Positions 1-13,400 of a DNA stretch of 64,000 nucleotides are shown here, piece after piece (within the stretch, counting starts at the first letter, position 1; every line of letters begins with the position of its first letter). Position numbers and translations under genes: made by a program. Under the pieces are notes generated by a model that was given only the letters and a program-made list of their open reading frames with translations, had not been told where the DNA came from and did not search any database. Source of the stretch: Oopsacas minuta (Eukaryota; Animalia; Porifera); NCBI GenBank assembly GCA_024704765.1, contig JAKMXF010000111.1, positions 1,437,627 through 1,501,626 of the forward strand. Direction: 5' to 3'.

Positions 1-546
1 AGGTATTAAAATGTGGATTAGAAAATGTTTTGCAATAACAATCAGCAAATAAAATTTTTTTTTCCGCAGGGCTGTGTAATTCACTCTTAATTTTTTGTTT
101 TGATTTATCAGTAAGAGGTTTGCCAAATCGAAGTGATACATGTTAATACAAAGTGATATTTGCTGATACAGACTGATACAAAGTAATACAGATTGATGCC
201 AATTAATACAAGACTGATACAATCTAATTTAACCTTAAATAGGGATGAATATGAATGTCGAATGTCGAATGAATGCGAATGTTGAATATCCAGCTAATTC
301 ACAAGAGTTGAAACATGAGTATATATATTGCATTGCATTGTGTAGAACTCGGATAAGTTGTACCATGATAAGACAGACACTCGGATTAGTAAGTACTAAT
401 TGTACTAGTACGTATTATCCTAGCAGTATACTCTAGACCAGTGGTACTCAACCTTTGTACCCCGGTGACCCGCTGATACTTAATATTGAAGGGATTCGAC
501 CCAGGTGTAAATAGCCAAATTCGTAAGTTTTCGTTAATGAGAAATA

Positions 547-667
547 CAGTGGAACCTGCTTAACGGCTACCTAATAATAGTCCCGTGAAACAATTTTCAA
601 TAGAAATCGACCTCTATATCTCACTTTTGGTCAGTCCCTTCGCTGGCGTTATAGACAAGTTTGATTG
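547..667. mobile_element. Tc1/mariner-pogo-like MITE (degenerate)
   Basis: TA-flanked. Left end CAGTGGAACCTG; right end reads CAATCAAACTTG in reverse complement. The TIRs are imperfect but resemble other TA-flanked elements in this window. Confidence 0.4.
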
Positions 668-1457
668 TATTACTAAATTAATTTCTGAGAATATCTAATT
701 GGTTGTGTATATTAAAACCCACCAAACACGATCACACATTGTTGTAAATGTTACATGCAACAAAGTTGCATCGTATTGAAATCTGTTTTTGGACAATGCT
801 GACAATGTTGCAAGGTAATAGAACATGTCTATGTTGATGCAACATTGTTTCCAGTATGTTGCATTGTGCATCGCTTAAGGCCCCGGTCCTCGGGAACCAT
901 TTATATAACGCCACTAGCACTAAAAGATGTTCATTTATCTTAACCATCCACACATTTAGATCATAGTTTCTATAACGTGGTAATACCACATTGAGATACA
1001 CTGTAACTCTAAAATAGTGAAAAGAATAATGTGAATTGTTAAAAAGTATAACTTAAGTGAACCCTCTACCTCAATAAATTTTCTACACTAAAAAGTGGCT
1101 AGATTATTAGAAAAATTCTGAGAATTCGAAAATTTTCTTAGAATTTCAGGTAATTCTAAATTTTAAGAATTTGGCTTAGAACTTTTCAGAATTTCTTAGA
1201 AAATGTTTAGAATTGGGATTTAGAAATTTTGTGAATAAAGCCCTAAGGCAGTAAATCTAATGTTGTTTAGCTTATGCATGCTTTTAAATGAATGTCAATT
1301 CGAGGCTAAATGAACCTGATCGAGTAAGATGTATAATCATATTTTAATTAAGATAGTATATTGTAAAGAAAGCAAAATAACTCTCCTGGTTCCCAAGTGA
1401 GGAAGGGAGAGGCATAAGATAATGAGTTCATCAATATGCACTGAAATAATATAACCT

Positions 1458-4400
1458 TTAAGTGAGTAGCTTAGCACAAGATTTGGTAGCATCTCTACGC
1501 TGTCTAGATCTAGGAGCACTGAAGTTGCTGGGAGATCTGCTCTGAATGCTATCTCCCCTCACGAAGCGAGATCTGTTGAGAGGACCGGTGTCGTGGAGAG
1601 CATCCAGATGATGAGGATATATCCGTGCAGACTGGGGGCGTAACGTGGAGGTTAGGGCAGGAGGATAAGGAGGGATATGAGTAGTCCAAGCAGATCTGAT
1701 CATAGGGTTAGTAGCGAGTACAGGGGTAGAGATTGGTATACCTGGAGGTACTCTACCGGGGAAGTGAGAAGAGAGGAGATTTCCAGGAATAGGAGAGATG
1801 AGAAATGGAGTCATAGGAGATCTTGGAATGAGGGAGGGCTGTTTAGGGAAGCTCGCCTGCTCTCTAGCTACGAAGTCATCCACATGGAGAGAAGGGGGTC
1901 TGCTAGTGTTCTGCTTACGTCTTTGGAATTTGTGGATGATAGAGGAAGAGAGAAGAGAAGAGCCAGTAATTGAACCGAATTTCTTCTGAGGATCACTAGT
2001 ATTAGACATGAGATAGGACTGCATACGCATATGTCTAGCTAGGTTGGGATCCATTACTGATGAGGGAGAGCTGTGATAGAGTCTATTGAGTTCATCCCTT
2101 AGGTTGTAGCTAGAACAGGTCTCATAGGCTATCTTCTCTAAATCCAGAAATACTGGGTCTACATGGACTTGTGTTTGGTCGTATGGACAATGAGGTAGCC
2201 AATATTCTGGAAAGTAGAACTGATGACCCACAGTGAATAATATACGTCTAATAGAGAGTGAAATTAAGTTATACAAGGTTCTAAAATGAGTAGATAAGTA
2301 AAGGTCATAATATACTCACTTGTCAAATTGTTCTTCCAGATTTTCAACACGAACTTCAGGCAAGGCTTCATTCTGCACAACATCAGAGTTAGTAACTTCC
2401 AGTCCGTTCTTGAGACAGAGGATATGATTCCTGAACTCCTCTACCCCGCTCTGCTCCAGACTGCTCTCCTTGATTAGAGCGTCTAGCACCAGCTGTAAAT
2501 AATCCTTCTGTTGGGTTAGCTCTGAGTTGATGAAATGGGTGGGGAGGTAGATCTTCTTGACTGTAGGGGCTGAGCTTGCAGACTGAGAGGATTCAGACTG
2601 TTTGTCATCTTGTTGAAAGAAGTTGGATATTGTTAGAACTCCGATAAACTCGATCAGTAGAGAGACACAGGCTATCGCATCTTCTAGTAAACTCTTATCA
2701 ACTAATTTCAATCCTACTAAGATGTTTTCGAATACTGGAAAGAATCTGAATGTCTTTTCCTCAACAATGTACTTGTGGAAGTGTATCATACCTTGGTCAT
2801 GATGACTCAAATTAGCGAGTGTTCTACAAAATATAGAATAGCAATTCATATAATTACGAGCCTTTGGCTCGTCACTTCGCGATGAACGCGGCGCATTGCG
2901 CCTCGGAGTATTCAACGGACAAACAACAATTGAGACTGAATAATATTGATGTTGTTTACAATATTCAGATTCAGCATACACTATTACCACAGAATAACCA
3001 TTGAAAGCATGTTTCTACAACAATAGTGAAATTTGTTTAATTTATATTCACAAAAACAACAATAAATTTACATATGATTAATCCAAAAGTGTGAAATTCG
3101 GATTCAGCATGTTCGATATGATTAGTGCAGTTTTATTGAATTCCATTTACTTCCTTGATAAACACGATAAATACATAGTTATGCTACAATTTCAAAATTG
3201 CATACCGTAAATTCTTTCCTTAACAACGGACAAACAAACAAATAATCATTGAGATTTAATAATATAGATATAAATAGAAAATTACCTATAAGAAATTGGA
3301 TTTCAAATCTCTAATATAACAACAAGATATAACATTAAAATTTCAGTATTTTGTAAAGGATCACCAGCGCTTAATTATTAATTTATTTTTAGAATTAGCA
3401 TTTACGTACAATAATTCCATCAGAGAACGATCGTAACTAAGGCTGCTTATTGAATTGCTTATTGATAACGGTTATTATTCGCAGCATATACATTACTATT
3501 GTTATATTAAATTCTAAATTAATATAGTAGTAATTACACTGTAGTTATATTAAATTACCTAGCAACCCGCAGAATAGTTTGGAATGTGGTTTAATATAGA
3601 TTTATATGCAGTATAATATTACTAATCAAAAGAAGACTTGCAGTAACTTTAAATACAACCAAATATAATTATTTTCATTATACAATAGCCCGCCTAAAAT
3701 AGTAAAACAGGTGAGATGAATACATTTCTATGTATTAGTATTTACTTGAGCATTTTGATATATTTCGCATATGGAGCTCCCGTAATAAATCCCAGTAATC
3801 CAACAGGACGTCAAGGTTGCAGACTGCAGATCACTTGTAGAGACACTAGTACTACACAACAACTTCGATGGACGGATGGTAGTATTTCAGAGCTTACGAC
3901 AGGTGGAAACATACTGATAGAACATACTACGTTGTCTGGTGGAGGTTATCAGAGCATTCTTACCTTTTTAAGGTTAATGAATTTGGGGGAGAGATCGTAC
4001 AGGTGTGATGCAGTATCTGGTGATACGTTTGGTGTCACTGTTAATACAATAGCCCCACTACAGTTAGCAGAATTATCGGATATTATATTGGATAGATATG
4101 TGGAAGGTCAGGGCTATTTCATACCTTGTACAGTACAATCTTGCATATGGCCGGTGGAAATCAGATGGGATAAGGATGGTAGCAATATTTTCACTCAGAC
4201 TCTGAAGGCTGAGCAATCTGGCTTCCTCAGCAGAAGAACGGGGCTCTTAGATACAATACTGGATATGGAATCTGAAGGAACATACACGTGTATAGCTTCG
4301 GTTGAAGGGAGTACAGATATACAAAGAGACTTTACAATGAGTGGGATTGTACAGGCAGCGGATTTGTAAGGGGAGGGATTAATTCAAATACAAGTATTTT

Positions 4401-7400
4401 AGTATATTTAATGGTTCAGCCAATTTTAAAATTTTAATTTAATAATTTTGTGTAATATTTGAAGTACTATTTTGTATATATTGGTTTGTATTGAGAAATG
4501 AGTTTTTATAAATTTTGACAAAAGTTGATTGCTTTAATTACATATGAGGGTAGAATTTGCCGTGTATCGGGAGAGTAATAACCGTCCACGTATTATGTAT
4601 TAAGGTCTTACTTAAGTATTGCAAATTAGAGGGAAATTCGCAGGCGAAAGCCCTTGGGGCTAAGTAGCCATGGAAGTATAGCCAGTACTCAATTTACCAA
4701 GTTAATAACTCAGATGGCGTGATTTAATTTCCAAACTAGGCTAGGCTATGGCTATGGCTGTGACTAGACATAGAAATTAAAGGCCGTACAAGAGTAACTT
4801 CATTAATAATAGGCCATGAGTCGTATAACATTCTACTAAGAATTTGTGGCTATTAATTAACCTAATTTAAATAAACTAACGAATTTTAAACCATTGACAT
4901 GAACAGTAAGATATTTACATAGCTATTGAAACATTATTATGAAAGGACTATTAAAATTGGTATTCTACAATAGTCTATGAATAAATAACATAAATATAAT
5001 GTAGCAATACCTGAGAGTTAGCAGTAGACAAGAGAAAGACTGATTCCTCATAGAGACGTGTCTAAGCAGTGTTGATACTATACAAGCTAGCTCCTTATGT
5101 CCAGGCAAGCCGTTTGCCACCTGATAATCATTAAGTAGTACACTCTCATTCGTTGATACCATTAGACTGATGTATGGATTACAGATAGAGCTTAGAATCA
5201 TAAGAATACTCAGTTTACCTGAGTGAGGACATATCTCAGGCTCACGAGTAATTAGATCGCACAGTATCTTGAGAGCATCAAAGTTCTCTTTGATACACTT
5301 CAAGTAAGCAGCCTTCATGCTAGCCTGCTGTGTGACTACAGCTAGAGTTCCCAGCAGATATACAGATCTCCCGCTCAGTCTACAGTGATACAGGTAATAT
5401 AGGCAAACGAACAAATAAATTTCTATAAAGTGAAGTATACTGTATTACAACAATGTTTAGCTAGTGTATTGCTAGTACATAGTACTACAATCAGTCACTC
5501 TCCTGTCTGAAGAAAATATATTCCCAGTTTTAAGGTATTACATATTATGTATCTCTATGGGGAGAACAAGATATACTAACTTCTTATCAAGATCCTTCCT
5601 AAGAGAGTCCTCCTCTAGCTGCGAGCAGAGCAGCTCCTTCAGTTGATTAGTGATTGCATTAGCCAGGGTGGCTGATAGATCTCCTATCTGACAGGCACAT
5701 TTCCACACATAGGTATGCAATTCTGAACAGCAGGTACCAGCAGTAGACCTGATAAGAGTTTTGCACTCACTAGTGAATGCAGACAGCTGACAGCTCCAAT
5801 CTCCTCGCATCTTCTTCATATACTCCATGACTACAACAGAGTTTACTTCCTCCGGTATGTAGACAGGTAAGGGGATAGGTAGCAGTTCTGAGAGAAGAAG
5901 AGTACCTCCCGTGAAGAACTGAGGAGCAGAGAGAGTGAATTCAAACAGCTCTTTTAGAAGGAAGGACCATGGACTGGCAATCTCTTGGGGCTCTTTCGTC
6001 ATACTGGTATCCTGTCATAGATTTCAATATTACATACATCATAGACATATAATGTAGCTACCATATTAGTTGTTGACTTGTTGTGTTATGTATTACTCAC
6101 CTTCTCACTTGTCTCTGTATCCATTTTTTGATCCTCTTCTTGAGGAGGAGGAGACATAACTTTGTTCGTGAGGTAAGCAGCACAAATATCCACGATATCT
6201 CCGCTAACCTGAACTGCTATGTGCCTGACACAGGCTGAGTCAGATAGGAATGCTCTCTGCGGAGTCATAAGGCAGTACAGTGCGAACAGAGACCTGAGCA
6301 AGAGAGAATTGTTGTAAGCCATTCCCTCCACAGATAGCAGCTCAATCAGGACTAGCTTAAGTATGTATACTGAATTTCCTGTAAGAGAGAGCAGAGTGAA
6401 AGTCTCTGAGGGTTTAAGGATTAATCCATGCCTCCACAGAGGCAGCAGTATACTAGTGATCTTATGTATCAGCTGGGTGAGTATGTATACTCCGTTTGAA
6501 CTGACTATATAATTAATGGTGATAGTAGAATCTAGAGCAATAGTGCTGTCCTTCTTGTTAATACCTCGTAAATGGTGAGATAGAATTCTAATGTTAGTGA
6601 GTAGGGTAGGTTCAATCTCTACTAAATGAGAGAGATTGAAATTATCCATCGACAGCTCGATCTCTTTGATTACCCTTCCTATTTTATCCTCCTGGGGGAC
6701 ATCTTTCTTATCAAATAATTTAAATATTTCTATCCAATGCAACACTCCTAAGGTACCAAACTCACACTCCTTCAGAGCATCTATTAACCGCACCATCTGT
6801 TCAAGGTTCCTGAATACAAAGTCCACACTCTGTGACATATGTATCAGTACCTTAAGCAATAGGATTACGTACTGGGCAGATGGGGAGAGAATATTCTGTA
6901 TGTTATAAGTATTGTTACGATCATCTCTTGGAGGATCAACTATCTTAAGGAAAGGAAGGATATTGTCTTCTAGAGAGAGTACGTGTACAACCGTGTGCTT
7001 TCCAAGAGGTGCGAGTGTCATGGTGTATAGGAGATGGAGTATACGGAAACACTCACTCTCCAGGAAGTTGTTCTCTATCAGACCATCTTTGTGTAAATCC
7101 AATGACAAACCTCTTATCTCGTCCACCAGTTGTAGCACCTGGTATAATGTGCAGTAACAGAGACAAGTATTATAGTGGATTGTATTGTATCATTGATGTG
7201 AATATTCAAAAGGCAAAAATGTTATTTACATAAAGAGACTGGATTTAATAACCAATGCAGATATGCTATGAGAATCCTTTATTGGACAACATTAACCAAT
7301 TACGGCCGAAGTGTTGCCTTCATACAAAAAGAACACGATAATTTTAACACCTCGTTTCATCCAATTCCCGCACTCAAATCGAGATTTCAGCACCTTATTG

Positions 7401-10400
7401 ACGTCATAAAATCACACATTTTCCCGGCTGTATCCGGTTAAATTCATAATGGGCTAGTATATCACTATGGTGAATTAATGTAATAATCTTTAGCAGGATT
7501 CATTTAGACTAGGGAGGGGCGTAAGAAGATGTATAGCTCTTAAAAAGTTGGATTCACAATTTGGAAATGATGTAAAGCTATGATAACCGTGGAAATACAG
7601 TGTAGGTCGCATAGTAGCAACCTGTATTTTGCACTAATTTTAGTTGCTAATACGCGTATGGGAACAGAATCAATGCAAAATCTAAACTTGGGACCTGAAA
7701 ATATGTTGCATATATGCGAATATTGGTATAAAGTGAGTTGTTCATAAGCGAACTCTATTGTATATTTTGTATTATGAAACAAGGAGTTACCTGTAAGTGA
7801 TAGAAGATCAAGTAGCCTAGATTCTCGGGAGTACAAGACTCACACTTACTCTCAGCAGAAAACTCAGCTATTGGAAGATATATCTGATGAGAAGGAGCGT
7901 CTGGAGGAACCAGCAGTCGTATCATAGTGTTGATACAGTCTGATTCTTCTAGCATATATAGCATACCGGTCTGACTACGTACTAGTAGAAACAATACGTC
8001 ACGGAGAGAGGAGAATAGTTTAGAGCTGAATTGAGAGTTCTGACACATGAGTAGGATAAGCACAGACTCTAGGAACCGTCTGCGACGTAGCAGCTTAACA
8101 AGGTTAGATAGACTGTAGCGTAGATTGCTACGAGGATCAGTTTCCTGTAGAAAAATCTAATATACTACTAGTCTATGAATTGTTAACATACAATTGGATT
8201 CTATAAGGCATGAAAAGTTTGTATGAATATTCTCCTAATTAGCACTCCAATTCTATCCCACATGCCTAAATTAGGGAGTTTGTGAATGTATTTATGTCAG
8301 TAGTATGTCATTGTGTTTAAGTGACTACCCAGACTATTAGAAATGAATAAACATGCTCCCGAGGAAGTTCCCAGCCACTCTTCAGGATACACGGTTCCAG
8401 GAATTTCAGTGAACATAAATAACAAAGTATTAGAGCATTACCTTGTAAGGAGTATGCTGATGTGTAGGAGGAAATGTATCCAAAACATCACTACACATTT
8501 CTAGCTGTTCAGATAACTTCTTAAGATAACTGATAATCTTCTCAGCCAGACTATCCTCTATGTAAGCTATCCTCTTATTTTGAGACTTTGTATCTGTCTC
8601 TTCCAGCTGAAACTCTAAGAGCTCTTTAGTAAAGCTGTCATCCATGGTCTCAATCTCCATCTTAACGCCTCCCTCTACTCCACCCCACAACACATCATCT
8701 AGGTCGTCTTTATCAGTCACCTCTGTTTTGAAGCTTACTACTTCCTTATCTGTCATATTAGCAGAAGAGTTTTGTGAATTGGTGCCTTTAACAGGGGATG
8801 GGAATGGTGTAGTAGACTCCTTAACAGTTCTAGGAGATGTGGTAGTAGGCCACACACCACTGGTGCTGTCCTCCTGAGTAAGGTTGCTGTAGTTTGATAT
8901 TATTTCTTCAACACAGCCCTGTAATTAGCAGAGCAGATAATTATAATTACTTTAACATTTAATACAAGGAAGCCATGTCAGTTTTATTCCTGGAGATGCT
9001 TTATTATATTATTGCAAGCTACTTAAAGTACGTGTCATATTTGGGACAAATGCAAGTAGCGTGCTAGGAGGCAGTGTATTAGACAGTCCAATTACAGTAT
9101 TTCCCTGAATAAGCGCCCGATGCTTAATTTTGTGCAGGGAAATACCTCGGCGCTTATTCAGAGCAATACGGTATACCGTGAACTACATAATATCATGGTA
9201 TACATTATAATTAGCAGATTTGTATGGCATTTCCATCTTTGAAATCAACATATGTGGCGTACCGACCTAAAGTACTACCCAATAGGCATCCATCCGCGGG
9301 ATATTATTGCGAAATCTAGCAATAGGATTGTCAAGTTATGAATATGGACTCATATTATTTTAAAGCCAAAATGTTTTACAATTAATCACATTTGACATAT
9401 ACTTCATTGTAATTTCCGTTTAGTGAGTGTTTACTGATTTAAACTTAAACTGACTTGCAGAGCTACCAATAGCTCGTAGAAATGACATTTAGCAACTAAA
9501 TCTCTGGTTACAAACTCCAAAGACTTCTTACCGCCTCTCAACAGAAACTTCATGAAACGTTGATAAAATGTAAACTGGTTACGAGTCTTGAGCCTGTCAG
9601 CTGATTCATTCACTGTCTGAGTCCCGATAAAAACGTCCATTGCTTGAGGATATTCAATAAGTTCTGATATGCAATCAATACAACGGATCTTAATTGAACT
9701 AAAATGAATAATTAATATAAAGTTATAAACATAAACAAAAATATAATAAAAATGTAAATACGTATGTGCATTTAGCAGCGAGCAATAAACACAGATTAAC
9801 ATTCAATAACTCAGTCAATTTCCCATCAATTCAGTTGAAATTTGTTGAGTACCTTAATCTCGGTTGGGCTTTTTATATTTTTCAATAACTAGTGTCTATG
9901 ACACTTCATCGTGCCACAAATGCAAATTTTGTAATACAAAATCCTCATAGGAATTTTTGAGCATCAACATTTATTTTGCCTTATGCAAACACCCTCAAAA
10001 TCAAGAAATAATTGCAAGTTTCCAGCTTCTTTTGAGCCATATACCCACAAAATGACAATATATCACTTCACTCAGTTGAAAGATTAAAAGTAACTAGCAT
10101 TGTTTGTGTGTATAAAACACATAAATGTATTCTGTACAATGCAAACAAGTGTAAAATATGTAGTACACATATACACAACAGACCGCATAGATACACGAAA
10201 AAAGGCGCCCCCGTTTCCTACCTACCCTGTGTATGGTGGGCTTAATGCATTAGCTAATCAGAGGTGTGAGACTGCGCCACTGGAGAGCACATTAGGGACA
10301 TCAACAATCTAAGGGGCTGGGGGAGGACAAAGAAAAATTTGATTATCAAAAAGCACAGTTGTTTTGGTGTGCAATGGCTAGAGTTTTTCTAGGAATTTGT

Positions 10401-13400
10401 GGACCTCCACTTTTTCTTGCAGGCTTTTTCCTGGGTTGAAACTTTTTAAGACAGAATTGATCTTGAACTATTAGTGTCTCACGATCGGCACCTTGTGACA
10501 TTCATGGCTGCTGAACTGACACTTATAGGTGCCCGCCAAGTACCTAGATAAATCCTTGGCAATGACCAGTAATTTTGATTTTGGCACAGATATACTACTA
10601 AGGGATTTCCATTGTCAACACTTAATATTTAAGTAACATATATTAACATAAGAATTTACGAGATCATATAAGCAGGTAATAACATAATATATACAAAATA
10701 CTGATACTGGCAGTTGACATATCCACTATTCCATGGTAAATCACCACTCCAACAACTAGAGGAGTCGTCAAAATGGCCAGATTTAACATATGTATGGAAT
10801 CAAACGTCGTGGAACAAAAATGGATATCTGATAACAACTTCTATTGGGGTCCATCTTCATGAAGATATCATCTGTTCTTATATTACCAAAACAATAAAAT
10901 GATAAATAACAAGCATTATAATATGAAATATTATACACTCATTGTGTCAACACATGTATTATCATTTCAGAAATAGAACTATTATATTATTTGTATTATT
11001 AGTATTGTTAGTATTATTATGTATCTATTTAGAGCTGATATATTACTCAGGCAATTATACTTCTAAAATAATACCTCTCTATGGAAATTGTCCAGCAGAC
11101 ATACCCCCTTACCCTAACTACCGTTATTTCTACAAGAATGCTGATAATAGAGAGAAGGAATGTAATCACATACAATTACAAAGGAGCTCTACTACTGAGA
11201 GAGAATGCCCTGATTTATTCATTATAGGCGCGAGGAAGGGAGGCACTACGTCACTTTACCAGTACATATCTCAGCACAGAGGATTTATGGGACAAGGATT
11301 AGACAAGAATGCTAGCGCAGGAGAAATACATTATTTCTCATTCACATTCCTGGAGAGAAGCTGGAAGGATTATATAGATAAGTTCAGCGCTCAGAGAGGT
11401 AAGAAGACTGGAGAATCTAGTGTGAGCTATCTCACTAGCTGTATGGCTCCTTATAGACTGAGAGCTTTGTGTGGGACTAAGCCTATAATAGTAGTGCTGT
11501 TAAGAGAACCAGTAGGAAGAATGCTGTCTACATACGTCATGAGATATCATATACAAGCTAACAAGAAAGAGAGTCTAGCGGAGTATGTTAATGAAGGAGT
11601 GAAGAGAGATATATCCAGATGGAAATACTTGTTAGAAGAGGAGAAAATACTAGCTAGTCAGCTGTTGAATCAATCTAGCTTCTGTCTATTCAAGCCGGCT
11701 AGGAGTCAGATATACGAGGGATTATACTCACTGCATTTAAACAGATGGTTCAAGTATTTCCCTAGAGAAAACTTCCTTATATGGAGATCAGATGAATTCA
11801 AAGATAATACCAGTTACTTCTTATCAGAGTTAATAGCTAAACTGGGGTTACAGGAAATGAATGAAGATGAACTTAACAAGATAACCAGTGTGTATTACAA
11901 TAGCATTGAGTATAACAGTACAGGTCTAGCAAGGAGAGAAGATATGGAGTATCTGAAAGAGCTGTATACGCCATTCAATCAGCAGCTAACTGATATGATG
12001 GCTGGCGGCTATAGTTGGCAGAATTAACTGGTTTTGTAAACGAAAATTTTGCATTATTATCGATAATTAATAGTGAAATACGTATATTCTCTATGGATAA
12101 TTGATTTGCTAGCTACCGATATAGAATAGCAAATTATAAGAGAATACAGGATATCGACCGGATATAGCTCAGTCAGGATAAATTTAACACCATAAAGATC
12201 AGAAGAATCACTAGCTTATAACCCCTTGCATATAACAATACAGTACCTTGAGTATGAAGTGCTTAGTATTCCAAATGTTTCAAACACGGCAGCTTGAATA
12301 TTCGGTACTGACGATAGGCACAATTTGGTACATGGACGATTCCGTATACAGAATCGTTCGTACCGAATTGTCGTGTACAGAAAAATCGGAATCCAATATA
12401 ATTAGAGGATAATATATTTAAACCGCCAATCATAGGCGCCGAAAGTGGGAGGGTCAGGGAAAGGTTTGACCCTCCTGGTTTTCAGGGAGGTTATACTCTT
12501 AGGTATCAGAGAGGGTATACAAATCCTATTCAATCAGGTACACCCTCCCTAAAGTTAAAGTGAGTTTCAGCGCCCCATGCTGCCAATTATATAATTACCA
12601 TTAGTTACAGGTATTTATTTCTTACTTGAGAAATATAGTACGTGCTGACGGTACTGTACATTGAAAACAATTAGGTACAAATCTGTATTCTTTCATAGAT
12701 ATTGATTTCTTTACAAAAGTCAGTTGAATTTATTCTCTCATTAGATTGTAATATCCATTTATTAATTTAAATAAGTTCATTCTAATCGAATAAACCAACA
12801 AAACATAGCATCTACCAATATAAATGTTATGGTCAATACCCGAAATCAGTCATTAAGCATACTGACTGATTTCGGGTATTGACCCTAACATACGTATATA
12901 CATATATATAACTGACCTCTTGAGATCACTCTCCAGCATACACATGAGTAGATTGAGCATATTGTGTCTTAGCATGAGTTTAACAGCTGTTTCCCCACAA
13001 CTGACTAGCAAAGAGAACAGTTTGAGTCCAGCCCGCAGGAAGCGTACATTAACCGCAAGAGGCATAGTCTTAATCTTACTCAGATCTAATGAGTGTCCTG
13101 TCCAGGTCACCAAGGCCTGTATAACGTGATCACCCACGTCTGAGTGAGAGAGACCAGTTCTATGTCCACTTGACATAGTTGTTACTACATCCTCCAGGAT
13201 GAATACAAACTTCTCATTGTTAGGAGGTGACCTGTATCTTCTTGTCAGCTCCCGGAGACGGTTTGCTCCTTTAGACTTAGAGCTACTAGCTGTGTGTGAG
13301 GAGCTACGATGACGAGATGACTCTATATAAATATTTATACATAAATACATCTAATAAATTTGCTTGTGATTTACACGGATCGAGAATATACAACAACTAA

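Noticed and set aside
1677-1989. Arg/Ser-rich plus-strand ORFs (98 aa and 63 aa)
   Set aside because: They are antisense shadows of the Pro/Ser-rich last VIRMA exon.
6636-7233. Several short plus-strand ORFs
   Set aside because: They are antisense to VIRMA exon 8 and have no independent motifs. The same applies to the shadow ORFs over RBM45, BCAT, COPS3, VAT1 and HEXIM.
12161-12180. tRNA A-box-like TAGCTCAGTCAGG (also at 14543)
   Set aside because: There is no B-box or cloverleaf downstream; it is part of the duplicated VIRMA intron segment.
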